Shown in pieces: positions 39,472 to 48,617 of a stretch of 64,000 nt of DNA (its first letter is position 1; the number at the start of each line of letters is the position of its first letter). Position numbers and translations under genes: made by a program. The notes below the pieces were generated by a model. That model saw nothing but the letters and a program-made list of their open reading frames with translations. It ran no database searches and was not told where the DNA came from. Origin of the DNA: a virus; the IMG/VR virus record IMGVR_UViG_3300050821_003907, positions 64,001 through 128,000 of that record; one strand, written 5' to 3'.

Positions 39472-39933
39472 GCATTACGCCTAAGATAATTCCTGAGGTC
39501 CTGTGTCCCTGCGGTAGAGCGATGATGCCCTGGAGCACTTGGCTGTGCCGGATATGCTATCTCGAAAAGGAGATAGGCTATGCCCTGTCGGAGCTTGAGC
39601 GCGGGGGAAACGCGCCTAGTTACGACCCTCCGAAGTCATGGCATGAACTGGGTATGGACCGGCTACGGAAGCTGCTAAGCTAGGTAGATGAGCGAAAATG
39701 AATGGGACTACAAGCCCGTAACGGTGCCTGCTGAAAAGGCGCAGGATGTTGAGAACCAGGCTGACGAGTCTGTAGAAGAGCCTGACCTTGAGGCGGCATG
39801 GGAGGCTGAGCAGCCCCACCGGGATGCGCGTGATGCTGAGATGGAAGACATTCTCAATGCCCATCACTCAGCAGCGGACCACCACGTATCTGACCGGCAG
39901 CATCACGGTTCCTGGGGTCCTCACCATCATTAG
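39468..39933 (+). other. Two small ORFs (39468-39683 with CxC/CxxC; 39688-39933 acidic and His-rich)
   Basis: Coupled ORFs in the same operon. Confidence 0.55.
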
Positions 39934-39957
39934 ATGAGTCTTCGCTCATCAGTTTTT
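39933..39957 (+). terminator. Probable intrinsic terminator
   Basis: GATGAG-TCTTCG-CTCATC hairpin followed by AGTTTTT. Confidence 0.6.
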
Positions 39958-40008
39958 AAAGCCTTACCCTGATAAGGCAGCCCTTGCATCGCCACCTCTG
40001 GAGGACCC

Positions 40009-42027
40009 GTGTCTTACTTGTTCAATGCCGAATATCTATCCTTCCAGCTAAGCTGGGAATTCCTCCAGGGATACAAGGACAAGAAGCCTAACTGGGGATT
40101 TCAGGCAGGTGCAGGGAATTCACTAGGTGAGTACTCATGGATTTCAAAGTACGCAAGGCGTAAAGATGACGGAACGCGGGAGCGTTTCTGGGAAGGTCTT
40201 GCTCGCGTCATCAACGGCATGTACTCAATCCAGCGGGACCACTGCTCTCAGTACCGACTGCCGTGGGATGAGCGCAAGGCGCAGGAATCCGCAGAAGAGG
40301 CGTACGAGCGGGCATTTGCCGGTAAGTGGTCGCCGCCAGGGCGTGGCCTGTGGATGATGGGCACTGAGCTGGTGAATGGCAAGGGTGATTCCTCGGCTCT
40401 CCAGAACTGCGCGATGGTTAGCACGGAACCTTTCAATGGTGACGCAATACTGCCTTACGTTCGCATCATGGACATGTCCATGATGGGCGTAGGTGTTGGC
40501 TTTGACACCAAAGGAGCAGGCAAGGTAGAGATTCACGAGCCGGGTCAGCCTTTTCCGCATCAGATTGGTGACAGCCGCGAGGGCTGGGTCAAGTCTGTAG
40601 CCGCTTTGCTAAGGGCTTTCTTCACGGGCGCTCGCATGCCTAACTTTGACTACTCCCAGATTCGCCCGGCAGGCGCACCAATCAAGGGCTTCGGCGGTAT
40701 CGCGGCAGGGCCAGACCCTTTGCGCAAAGGTCATGAGACTATCGTCAAGCTGCTGGCAGGGCGTGAGGGCCAGGTTCTCACTAGCACAGACGTAGTGGAC
40801 ATCGCCAATGTAATCGGCAAGCTGGTAGTCAGCGGTAATGTACGGCGCAGTGCCCAGATTGCACTCGGTGACATTCATGACAGGGATTTTCTGAAGCTGA
40901 AGGACTGGGAGCTTAATGTTGAGCGCATGGGCGCTGACGGCTGGGGCCACCTTTCAAATAACAGCATTATCGCGCACAGTGGTGATGACCTTAGCCATGT
41001 AGCTGACGCTATCCGCATGAATGGTGAGCCGGGCGTAGTCTGGCTGGACATGTGCCGCGATTACGGTCGTGTTTCTGATGGCAAGGACGGTAATGACTGG
41101 CGAGTAGCTGGCATTAATCCTTGCGCTGAGCAGCCTCTAGAGAACATGGAATGCTGCACGCTGGTGGAGACTTACCCTACTAACCACAGTGACTACCTGG
41201 ACTACCAGCGCACTCTTAAGTTTGCGTACCTGTACGGCAAGACCGTAACTCTCCTGCCTACTCGCTGGCCTGAGACCAACGCTGTGATGCAGCGTAACCG
41301 ACGTATAGGGCTGTCGATGACAGGACTAGCACAGTTCGCTGAGCATCAGGGCACGCAGGAACTCACGCTATGGCAGGACAACGCCTATGAGCATCTTCGC
41401 ATGCGTGATGCCCAGTACTCCGAATGGCTAGGCGTGCGGGAGTCTATTCGTATCACCACCATAAAGCCGTCCGGTACTGTGTCTCTACTGTACGGCGTAA
41501 CGCCGGGCGTGCACTGGCCGGTGGCCAGCGGATACTACATCCGAACGGTACGAGAGGCTAAGGGCAGCGCGGTTGCACGTGCGTTTGAGGCCGCAGGTTA
41601 CCTCGTTGAGCCGTCTGTCATGGACCCGGATAGCATGGTCGTCATCACATTGCCTGTGCAGACGCCGCCTATGCGCAGTCAGAACGATGTTTCCGTGTGG
41701 GAAAAGGTCAGCCTTGCGGCTAGCTGCCAGCGCTGGTGGTCAGACAATGCCGTGTCCGTGACAGCTACTTTCCGGCCTGATGAGTCTAACCAGATTCCTG
41801 CTGTTCTGCGTGCATTCGATGGCCAGCTAAAGAGTCTTAGCTTCCTGCCTGCTGACACGGAAACCTATCCGCAGATGCCGTACCAGATGTGCAGCCTGGA
41901 GTACTGGGAGAGCCTGCGAGACAACATCATGCCCATTGACTGGGAGGGTCTTTACATGGACGAGTCCCTGCCGGACGCTGAAGGTGAGCGGTACTGCACC
42001 ACAGATGCTTGTGAAATCAAGCGCTAA
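40009..42027 (+). CDS. nrdJ: Class II (adenosylcobalamin-dependent, monomeric RTPR-type) ribonucleotide reductase
   Basis: SPPGRGLW, LQNC, VSGNVRRSA, INPCAEQPL, ECCTLVE, TIKPSGTVS and C-terminal CTTDAC. Confidence 0.93.
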   Translation: MSYLFNAEYLSFQLSWEFLQGYKDKKPNWGFQAGAGNSLGEYSWISKYARRKDDGTRERFWEGLARVINGMYSIQRDHCSQYRLPWDERKAQESAEEAYERAFAGKWSPPGRGLWMMGTELVNGKGDSSALQNCAMVSTEPFNGDAILPYVRIMDMSMMGVGVGFDTKGAGKVEIHEPGQPFPHQIGDSREGWVKSVAALLRAFFTGARMPNFDYSQIRPAGAPIKGFGGIAAGPDPLRKGHETIVKLLAGREGQVLTSTDVVDIANVIGKLVVSGNVRRSAQIALGDIHDRDFLKLKDWELNVERMGADGWGHLSNNSIIAHSGDDLSHVADAIRMNGEPGVVWLDMCRDYGRVSDGKDGNDWRVAGINPCAEQPLENMECCTLVETYPTNHSDYLDYQRTLKFAYLYGKTVTLLPTRWPETNAVMQRNRRIGLSMTGLAQFAEHQGTQELTLWQDNAYEHLRMRDAQYSEWLGVRESIRITTIKPSGTVSLLYGVTPGVHWPVASGYYIRTVREAKGSAVARAFEAAGYLVEPSVMDPDSMVVITLPVQTPPMRSQNDVSVWEKVSLAASCQRWWSDNAVSVTATFRPDESNQIPAVLRAFDGQLKSLSFLPADTETYPQMPYQMCSLEYWESLRDNIMPIDWEGLYMDESLPDAEGERYCTTDACEIKR

Positions 42028-42076
42028 GAATCCTCTATACTGAAGGTATAAACTCACTACGGTACGGAGATACCTA

Positions 42077-42577
42077 ATGTCGGAATCAGTAAGTGCAAAT
42101 CTTCCTGTAGCCTGGGCGACTAGTGGCCTATTCGCCAGCGGGACTGTCGATATTCCTGTAACCCCCTCTACTACTTGGCTAAATAGCCTCACGCCTTCTA
42201 GTAACGTACCTTTCCTGTACGTAGCCGGGTCTTATCAATTGTTTGCGGAAGTGTTTGATGCAGTTCCTATTGCAGGTTTCGGCAACTGGGACGGTGCTCT
42301 CACTAACCCTGGGCAGACCCTTAGTGCTATTCAGACTGTAGTTGCTGATTTCGTTGCAGCAGCAGGCGGTGGCTGGATGGTTATTGGTGATATCACTACC
42401 GGTGAAGGTGCTCTAGCAGCGGTTAATCTTTCGGCTATAACCGGCATGGGTCAGAGCGGAAACGGTATTTCGTTTAACACAGGTTCGACAGTTACTTCAG
42501 GTTACGCTCCATACGCTAACTATTCGGATGCACAGGCAGCGATTCTATCAGCTATGGGTAATTACAGCTTCCTGTAA
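42077..42577 (+). CDS. Stand-alone copy of the N-terminal domain of the 26087 protein
   Basis: FVAAAGGGWMVIGDITT and GYAPYANYSDAQAAIL match 26087 FVAAAGGTPWMVIGDLTT and GYTPYANYAAARTAIL. Confidence 0.7.
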   Translation: MSESVSANLPVAWATSGLFASGTVDIPVTPSTTWLNSLTPSSNVPFLYVAGSYQLFAEVFDAVPIAGFGNWDGALTNPGQTLSAIQTVVADFVAAAGGGWMVIGDITTGEGALAAVNLSAITGMGQSGNGISFNTGSTVTSGYAPYANYSDAQAAILSAMGNYSFL

Positions 42578-43128
42578 TGAACGAGTCATCAGCTATAGCG
42601 TGGTTTCTGCACGCGCTAGATACTCCACGTGGCCACGTTATAGCTGATGAGCTAATGACCATGGCACAGTCCGCAGAATTTCCTGTAAAGCCATTCATCA
42701 CCTGGGTAGCGGTAGGGCAATGGGAAGATGTCACACTACGGAAAGCTCATGTCTGGAGCAAGCAAAATCCTACAGGGTCAGTTCTTTATACGCACACCAA
42801 AGGTGCTTTTCACGAATGGGATACCCAAGCTCCGTGGCGCAAGGGGATGGCGGAACGCTTGATGTACCCGTGGATGGCCCGGTTGCAAGACCTTACTGCT
42901 TACGATACCGTGGGCGTCTGGTGTGTTACTCCCGAAGAGTTTCCCGGCTTGGCAGACTGGCCTTATTATCCAGGTAACTTCTGGTGGGCACGAGCGAGTT
43001 ACATGTCACAGCTCACTGAGCTCCCCGTTCTCACAGAAGAGACCCGAGGAAAAGCTGAGGGGTGGGTTACTTCTGGAAACCCTGTGGTGCATGCTTTGCA
43101 GCCTGGTTGGCCTACTTTTCCCGTCTGA
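42577..43128 (+). CDS. Hypothetical protein with LYxHTKG...GNFWWAR motif (possibly glycosyltransferase-related)
   Basis: EDVTL...VLYTHTKG...WR..M...YDTVG...YPGNFWWARASY...R..AEGW; TAATG coupling to 42077. Confidence 0.55.
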   Translation: MNESSAIAWFLHALDTPRGHVIADELMTMAQSAEFPVKPFITWVAVGQWEDVTLRKAHVWSKQNPTGSVLYTHTKGAFHEWDTQAPWRKGMAERLMYPWMARLQDLTAYDTVGVWCVTPEEFPGLADWPYYPGNFWWARASYMSQLTELPVLTEETRGKAEGWVTSGNPVVHALQPGWPTFPV

Positions 43129-43141
43129 TATACTGAGGGTC

Positions 43142-43642
43142 ATGACTCTACTACGCAGGATTACAATCGCGCTAGGAGCAGTATTCATTCTCGCAGGGTT
43201 CGGGGCAGGCGTGGCATCAGCCGCCACTGTTCCTCCGCACACCCCGCCCTACGCGTTGATTCACGAACGTAATGTCAGCGATGTTCCTGTCTGGCTCAAG
43301 CTGCAAGATGCCGACCCATTCACTGGACGGTACGGCTATGAGCCGCTAGGCAACGGAATGGTATCGCACGTCCGCTGGACTAGCGTAAACAGCACTACCG
43401 TGAACGGCACGGGAGAATGGAACTATGGTTTCATGGGACTGTGCGTCAACGGTCCTGTTAGCATCGCGTTGCACGGCACCGGCTGGAAGTACGGCACCAT
43501 CAGCGTGACGCTTCTACAGTACTGGGTCACTAATACCGGAGGGCATACCGCGTGTCCGCCTGACGGACACGGCACGGCCCATTCCACGGCTCACAGCCAC
43601 CTGGCCACTAACGACCCGACTCTCAACCTGATTCATTTCTAG
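43142..43642 (+). CDS. Secreted protein, leaderless mRNA
   Basis: Sec signal MTLLRRITIALGAVFILAGFGAGVASA-A; TG-A-TATACT, 7 nt, ATG. Confidence 0.65.
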   Translation: MTLLRRITIALGAVFILAGFGAGVASAATVPPHTPPYALIHERNVSDVPVWLKLQDADPFTGRYGYEPLGNGMVSHVRWTSVNSTTVNGTGEWNYGFMGLCVNGPVSIALHGTGWKYGTISVTLLQYWVTNTGGHTACPPDGHGTAHSTAHSHLATNDPTLNLIHF

Positions 43643-43647
43643 CGGAA

Positions 43648-43685
43648 TAGTCATGCCTCGTTCAACGTTGAACGAGGCATGACTA
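43648..43685. repeat. Perfect 38-bp palindrome covering the SD and start codon of the HNH gene
   Basis: TAGTCATGCCTCGTTCAAC|GTTGAACGAGGCATGACTA checked base by base; ATG at 43679 lies in the right arm. Confidence 0.95.
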
Positions 43686-44347
43686 CTAAGTGGACGCCAC
43701 AAGAAGATAGGTATTTGGCTACGGCTGTCACGGTAGGCATGCATTCGTCTAAAATAGCTGAAAAGCTCGGGCGCACAAAAGCGGCTATACACCAGAGAAT
43801 GCAGACTAAAGGACTTAAGTCCACACTAACTTCAGGTTCGCGGCATTCTTCGGCTGTCCCTTACCAGTATAGTGCGAGCGATATAGTCGGTAATTTTGAG
43901 ATTATTAGTCCCTTGCGCCGTGGTAGCGGTGGACATATTTACCTTGTTAAAGATACTAGGTGTCACCATCAAGGTGAACTTTTGCACTTCACACGCAGAC
44001 CCCTTAATGGGCGCGTTAAGTTGTGCGAATGTCCCATACGGCTGCGTACTTCGTATGGATATCTTAAGTGGGTATGGCGGCTACCTTCAGGCAAGCTTAT
44101 TGAAGTTTTTGAGCACCGTATAGTGATGGAAGGTATTATCGGTAGAGAGCTACTGCCACATGAATCTGTTCACCACATAAACGGTGTTCGTGATGACAAT
44201 AGGCCAGAGAATTTGGAACTGTGGGTGGGTGCGGGAAGACAGCCTAGCGGAATCCGGGTCCTGGATTACGTAGCATGGCTACAGGATGAGCTGAAACGGT
44301 ACGAGGGAATACTTCTGACAAGCAACGAGTTATACTCGACGTCATGA
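43679..44347 (+). CDS. HNH homing endonuclease, paralog of 12151
   Basis: KWTPQED...KLGRT; EHRIVME..IGRELLPHESVHHINGVRDDNRPENLELW. Confidence 0.85.
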   Translation: MTTKWTPQEDRYLATAVTVGMHSSKIAEKLGRTKAAIHQRMQTKGLKSTLTSGSRHSSAVPYQYSASDIVGNFEIISPLRRGSGGHIYLVKDTRCHHQGELLHFTRRPLNGRVKLCECPIRLRTSYGYLKWVWRLPSGKLIEVFEHRIVMEGIIGRELLPHESVHHINGVRDDNRPENLELWVGAGRQPSGIRVLDYVAWLQDELKRYEGILLTSNELYSTS

Positions 44348-44724
44348 CTACTATTTTGCTACTTGCCCTGCTGATAGCAGGCTTCTTCTGGTACCGAAGA
44401 GCTAGACAGGCTCGGCTGAACCAGCAGCAGGCCATGAGGCGTCTCTACAGAGGCCCTATAAGGCGTGCCAGGCGCGCTGCCTACCGGCAGCGGAAGTCCA
44501 CTCGTGGCGGGCGCTATGTCTCTAAGGAACTGCGTGCGGCCATCCTGCAACGAGACAATTTCACGTGCCAGCACTGCGGCATTAACCGCCAGACTCATCC
44601 AGATGTTCGCCTGGAGCTGGACCACATCACGCCTTATTCCTGGGGTGGCAAGACAACTTACGCTAATCTTCAGGTTCTGTGCAGGCGGTGCAACCAGCTT
44701 AAGGCCAACAAGTTCGCGGGGTAG
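44344..44724 (+). CDS. HNH endonuclease with N-terminal membrane anchor
   Basis: MTTILLLALLIAGFFWY + Arg-rich linker + RDNFTCQHCG...LDHITPYSWGG.TTYANLQVLCRRCN.LK; leaderless (TATACT, 7 nt, ATG). Confidence 0.85.
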   Translation: MTTILLLALLIAGFFWYRRARQARLNQQQAMRRLYRGPIRRARRAAYRQRKSTRGGRYVSKELRAAILQRDNFTCQHCGINRQTHPDVRLELDHITPYSWGGKTTYANLQVLCRRCNQLKANKFAG

Positions 44725-44727
44725 TGG

Positions 44728-45114
44728 ATGAAGAGCAAGCAAATCCTTCTCGGCCTAGTCATAGGTGCGATTGTAGTAGCGCTAATTCAGTTCTATCCAG
44801 ACTGGCAGCACTGGATAGCTTACGAGACCGGCAGTGCCAACACCTCTTCTTCGCCTCCGAATTACGATTACTGGTCGGGCTTCGGCAGTGTCTTCCCGTG
44901 GTCCATGGGAACTCTGGGTTCCTTGCTAGCGCTAATCTGGGTGCACACCAAGAAGGCAAACTGCCACACGCACAAGTGCTTGCGAATCGGCAGTTATCCT
45001 GTCGGTGATTATAAGGTATGTAAGAAGCATCACTTTGAGGCGACAGGTTCACACCCGACTATCGAGCATATTAGAGAGCATTATCAGAGGAAGCATTCGC
45101 TTTCCCAGAAATAA
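44728..45114 (+). CDS. Two-TM membrane protein, candidate holin
   Basis: Two hydrophobic segments and a basic Cys/His C-terminus; immediately upstream of the endolysin. Confidence 0.5.
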   Translation: MKSKQILLGLVIGAIVVALIQFYPDWQHWIAYETGSANTSSSPPNYDYWSGFGSVFPWSMGTLGSLLALIWVHTKKANCHTHKCLRIGSYPVGDYKVCKKHHFEATGSHPTIEHIREHYQRKHSLSQK

Positions 45115-45160
45115 CTAAGCACGGTATCCTTTGAGAGAGTACTCAACCCTGGAGGATACC

Positions 45161-46234
45161 GTGCCTATTGCTCGCTCTCTTAAGACCCTCAAGACGAGGG
45201 TCGCCTCGGCATTCACGCCGCAGCTTGGCGCGCTCAAGGGCACGCCTGTCATCTACATGGAAGACGCTGTAACTGTAGGCGACCTTCAGCCGGGTTATCC
45301 TGCGTACGCTGGTTACTACAACGGCACTTACGCCAACCTGACGGCAATGCGCCAGCGCTTCCCGAATGCTTACATCGTGAGCGTGTCTCCGGACGGCGCT
45401 AACGGTTCCATGTGCATCGACATTGAGCCAGGTGACGCGGTCCCTGGTGATGCTCCCGGCTTCTGGCACAACGCCAGTCACGGCGGCGCAATCAAGCCGT
45501 GGTTCTACGGCAGTGCAAGCTGGACGCAGTCTATCGTCAATGCCCTCACCGCAGCAGGAATCCCGCGTTCTGCTTACTTCATCTGGTCTGCACACTACAT
45601 CGGCGCGCACATCTGCGGACCTGGAAGTTGTGGTTACCCGCAGGCAGACGCTACTCAGTACGGCAGTAACAACGCTTACGACACGTCTATAGTACCGACT
45701 TACATGGTCGGAACTGGACCGCTTCCGCCGCCGCAGGAGCCTACAATCAGTGAAGGCAGCACCGACAAGGCTGCTGTTGACAAGCTGCGCATTCTTCTTG
45801 ACTCGCACAACGCAAAGCTAGGCAACGCTGATGGTGGCCCGGATGTGTTTGGCCCTGTAGTACTAAAGGCTGTGGAAGAATTCCAGTCTGTCAATAAGCT
45901 GGCAGCTGATGGCGTTGTTGGCCCTGTCACCTGGGCAGCCCTGTTCAGCAAGAATTCTAAGCCCATCCCGGATGGTCCCCCGCCCGTACCTCCCACGCCT
46001 GCACCTAAGGCTCTCACAGTGGCTGAGGGCGTAACCGCTACGGTTTCCTGGGATGTAGTGCCGGGCGCTACGCAGTACGTACTGCTTGTTGCTCAGCAGA
46101 ATGGCAAGGTTTCGTCTTACACGGTGGACACGCCCGGTGCTGAGATATTCGTGAACCGTGGCTGGACATACAAGGTTACCGTTCGCGCTAATGTCAAGGG
46201 TTCCCTGATTGCTTACTACACCTTGGTAGTCTAA
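45161..46234 (+). CDS. Endolysin: GH25/DUF1906-like glycosidase + PG-binding domain + FnIII-like tail
   Basis: YMEDAV, YAGYYNG, IDIEPGD, ADATQY; PG_binding_1-like FGP...AVEEFQ..NKLAADGVVGPVTWAAL; GGAGG SD before GTG 45161. Confidence 0.8.
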   Translation: MPIARSLKTLKTRVASAFTPQLGALKGTPVIYMEDAVTVGDLQPGYPAYAGYYNGTYANLTAMRQRFPNAYIVSVSPDGANGSMCIDIEPGDAVPGDAPGFWHNASHGGAIKPWFYGSASWTQSIVNALTAAGIPRSAYFIWSAHYIGAHICGPGSCGYPQADATQYGSNNAYDTSIVPTYMVGTGPLPPPQEPTISEGSTDKAAVDKLRILLDSHNAKLGNADGGPDVFGPVVLKAVEEFQSVNKLAADGVVGPVTWAALFSKNSKPIPDGPPPVPPTPAPKALTVAEGVTATVSWDVVPGATQYVLLVAQQNGKVSSYTVDTPGAEIFVNRGWTYKVTVRANVKGSLIAYYTLVV

Positions 46235-46848
46235 CGCACACCGTGCAAATCGATACCATATTCGATAGCTGCATACTCAATCATGTCGCGGACGCGCTCC
46301 AGGGCTTCCCAGCAGTCGTCTCCAAGCTTGTCTTGGAGCGCTCCGTGATACATCTGAGTGTTGACCAGTCGCCACGCTGTCCTGACATCTTGCGCTGACC
46401 TGATAGGCGGGTTCTCAATATCGTTAGGCATTAATCTTCCCAACCATCAGGATAAGGGCAGTGGTCGAGGGCATTGCGAAGGTAATTATCCACTAGTTCG
46501 AAATCTTCCTTAGCATCTATGCACCGGATAACAGCATCGCGAATGTAACCAGGCAGGTCGTCAGGCAATGAATTCAGGCTTAGTCCGTACTCTAGCACCA
46601 GTCCGGAGAACCCACCTTCCCAGTCAGCCTTAGCTGCCATGTCGTAACTGTTACGGTACTTGTCAGCAGTCATCTATGCACTCACTTCCTTCTTTTGGGT
46701 CTACTTCGCAGCAGTTCTTGCAGATAGAAGTTCCGAGAGAATCAGAATAGCTTACGACGATATGACCTTCTGGATGAAATCCTGTTCCAGCCATTATAAG
46801 CCCCCCGCTATATACGTTTATTACCATTGCGATAGGGCCTCGTGGCAT
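46231..46848 (-). other. Three small hypothetical ORFs
   Basis: 46231-46443, 46431-46673 and 46663-46848, overlapping and convergent with the lysin. Confidence 0.5.
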
Positions 46849-47350
46849 TGTATTCCATCTTGCGCAGGTAATCCAGTTCCAGGTTCAGGTCAAATAGCTG
46901 AGCGCAAGCATCCACAGTCCCAAGTAGCAGTCCCAGGCCACGACCTATTTCCTGCTCACCTGTAATCCTGTAAGACTCTGTGACACCGGCAGCGCAAGCA
47001 TGCATGTCGTTCAGGCAGCGGCTAACCATGTCATATTCATCTCGGGTGTCCATGTCCCAGGTAACGTGAGGCACAAGGTCGTGGGAAATCCGGACTTCAT
47101 AACGCCCGATATTGTCCATGGTGCGGATGAAGACATCGGCTAGCTCAATGCCAAACCCGTCAGGACCGCCAGAGTCAGACTGGTAAGGGATGAAGCGAGC
47201 GTTCTTGTATGCCTGCCAGGCTTCTGCAATCTCCGTGTGGATTAGCGCCATGGCTTCAGGTACCTGGACGACCATGTCGTCCCAGCCGTGCTTGGCACAC
47301 CAGGTCCTGACTTCATCCTTGATTTCAATCAAGCGTATCGTAGTGAACAT
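46808..47350 (-). CDS. MazG-like nucleotide pyrophosphohydrolase
   Basis: ALIHTEIAEAWQA...GIELADVFIR...RKMEYNATRPYRNG (ExxE...EL.D helix pattern). Confidence 0.8.
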   Translation of the reverse strand: MFTTIRLIEIKDEVRTWCAKHGWDDMVVQVPEAMALIHTEIAEAWQAYKNARFIPYQSDSGGPDGFGIELADVFIRTMDNIGRYEVRISHDLVPHVTWDMDTRDEYDMVSRCLNDMHACAAGVTESYRITGEQEIGRGLGLLLGTVDACAQLFDLNLELDYLRKMEYNATRPYRNGNKRI

Positions 47351-47813
47351 TACAGTCCCAGTTCTCTAAGAATCTTGTCGGCAAAGTCTAGTCCCTCGCG
47401 GGTGTACTCGCCAACAGGTACCCACGTATCTACATTAAACCATCCGTCGTCCCGGACGTATTCCTGAATTCTGACAGTTCCCCTGCTAACGAATGCGCGA
47501 TAACGTCCGTCTTCAGATTCCCAGTCAGCGCTCACCGGTGTCTCCTACTGTCGCTGGTAGGCTTCTGCGAAGCGCTCGTAGTCTTCTTGCTTAATCTTGC
47601 CGTCCGGAAGTGGGCCGAACTTGGCCACTATCCACTGAACGAATTCCGGGTACTGTATTGCCAGGTGCTTCCAGGTAATGTTGGTGCTCACAGTGTCTTC
47701 CTTCCTGCTGTCTTCCAGTAGTGGCGGGCCATTACTTTTTCCTTAAGCCTCATGGGCAGTAGCCAGAACCACCAGGATTCCATGTACGCGAAACTGTCCT
47801 TGTTCTTAGCCAT
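47350..47813 (-). other. Three small ORFs (47350-47535, 47545-47691, 47688-47813)
   Basis: Read directly; coupled start/stop codons. Confidence 0.5.
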
Positions 47814-48159
47814 CGTCTACCACCTTCCACTGCTTGCCGTCCTTTATCTCAATGCGCAGGTTGTTGTCCTGCATGTCTTTCTCAACCCGCTGTTCAGGAG
47901 ACTCACCTTTAAACCATAGCTGCCTGTTTACCCACAGTTTGAACAAGGCGTGCTCGGTCATGCGGCGGAATGCACGTCGCTTGTTCATTAGCTGGGAGCG
48001 CTCTTCTCGCGACTCGCCACGTGCACCGGACGGGTGGTGGATGATTCTGATGCCTGTGTTGCTCGTATTCTGGTGTTGTCCACCTGGACCGCCAGCAGAG
48101 AAGTCCTGAACTTCACAGTCTTTTATGGTCACGGAGAACACGTGCTCTTTCTTAGGCAA
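47806..48159 (-). CDS. Release-factor-1-domain (GGQ) peptidyl-tRNA hydrolase, ArfB/PrfH-like
   Basis: FSAGGPGGQHQNTSNTGIRIIHHPSG...SREERSQLMNKRRA; only 117 aa, no codon-recognition domain. Confidence 0.88.
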   Translation of the reverse strand: MPKKEHVFSVTIKDCEVQDFSAGGPGGQHQNTSNTGIRIIHHPSGARGESREERSQLMNKRRAFRRMTEHALFKLWVNRQLWFKGESPEQRVEKDMQDNNLRIEIKDGKQWKVVDDG

Positions 48160-48349
48160 GCTTATACTCCATGCCGTCCTTGTAGCCTGTCTCGTAAGCC
48201 TCTCCCAGCACGTCCATTAGCGCGATGGGGATGCCCTTGTGCTGAGTCTTCTGCCACTTCTTGCACATTTCCCAGACAATTTCGTCGCGACGCTTCTCGT
48301 ACTCTGACTTCATGTCCATACCAACGCTGAGCCATGGTACGATATTCCT

Positions 48350-48598
48350 ATGAACGAACTGATTCTTCGCCTTAAGGCCCTGTTCCTCGGAGTCGAGAAG
48401 GTTGCCAAGTCCGACGAGCAAATCGTCGCGAACATCGTCGCCAAGGACCGGGTGGCAGTCATGGCTGCCCTCCAGGCCGCAGAGGACGCCGCTATCGCTG
48501 CCGTCAAGGCAGACACCCCCGAGGTAGAGGCGCTAGTAAAGGCTGCCGTCAAGGACGTTGTAGACGCCCTGCTGGCCAAGCTGCCGACCATCCTCTAG
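48350..48598 (+). CDS. Small Ala-rich helical protein, leaderless
   Basis: TG-G-TACGAT, 6 nt, ATG; amphipathic AAEDAAIAAVKA... helix. Confidence 0.6.
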   Translation: MNELILRLKALFLGVEKVAKSDEQIVANIVAKDRVAVMAALQAAEDAAIAAVKADTPEVEALVKAAVKDVVDALLAKLPTIL

Positions 48599-48617
48599 CA
48601 TGCGGTAGGCTAGGGGC

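Noticed and set aside
14806-42027. Inteins or group I introns in the helicase, polymerase or RNR
   Set aside because: All three ORFs are uninterrupted and of ordinary length; the small Cys-rich inserts lack splicing motifs.
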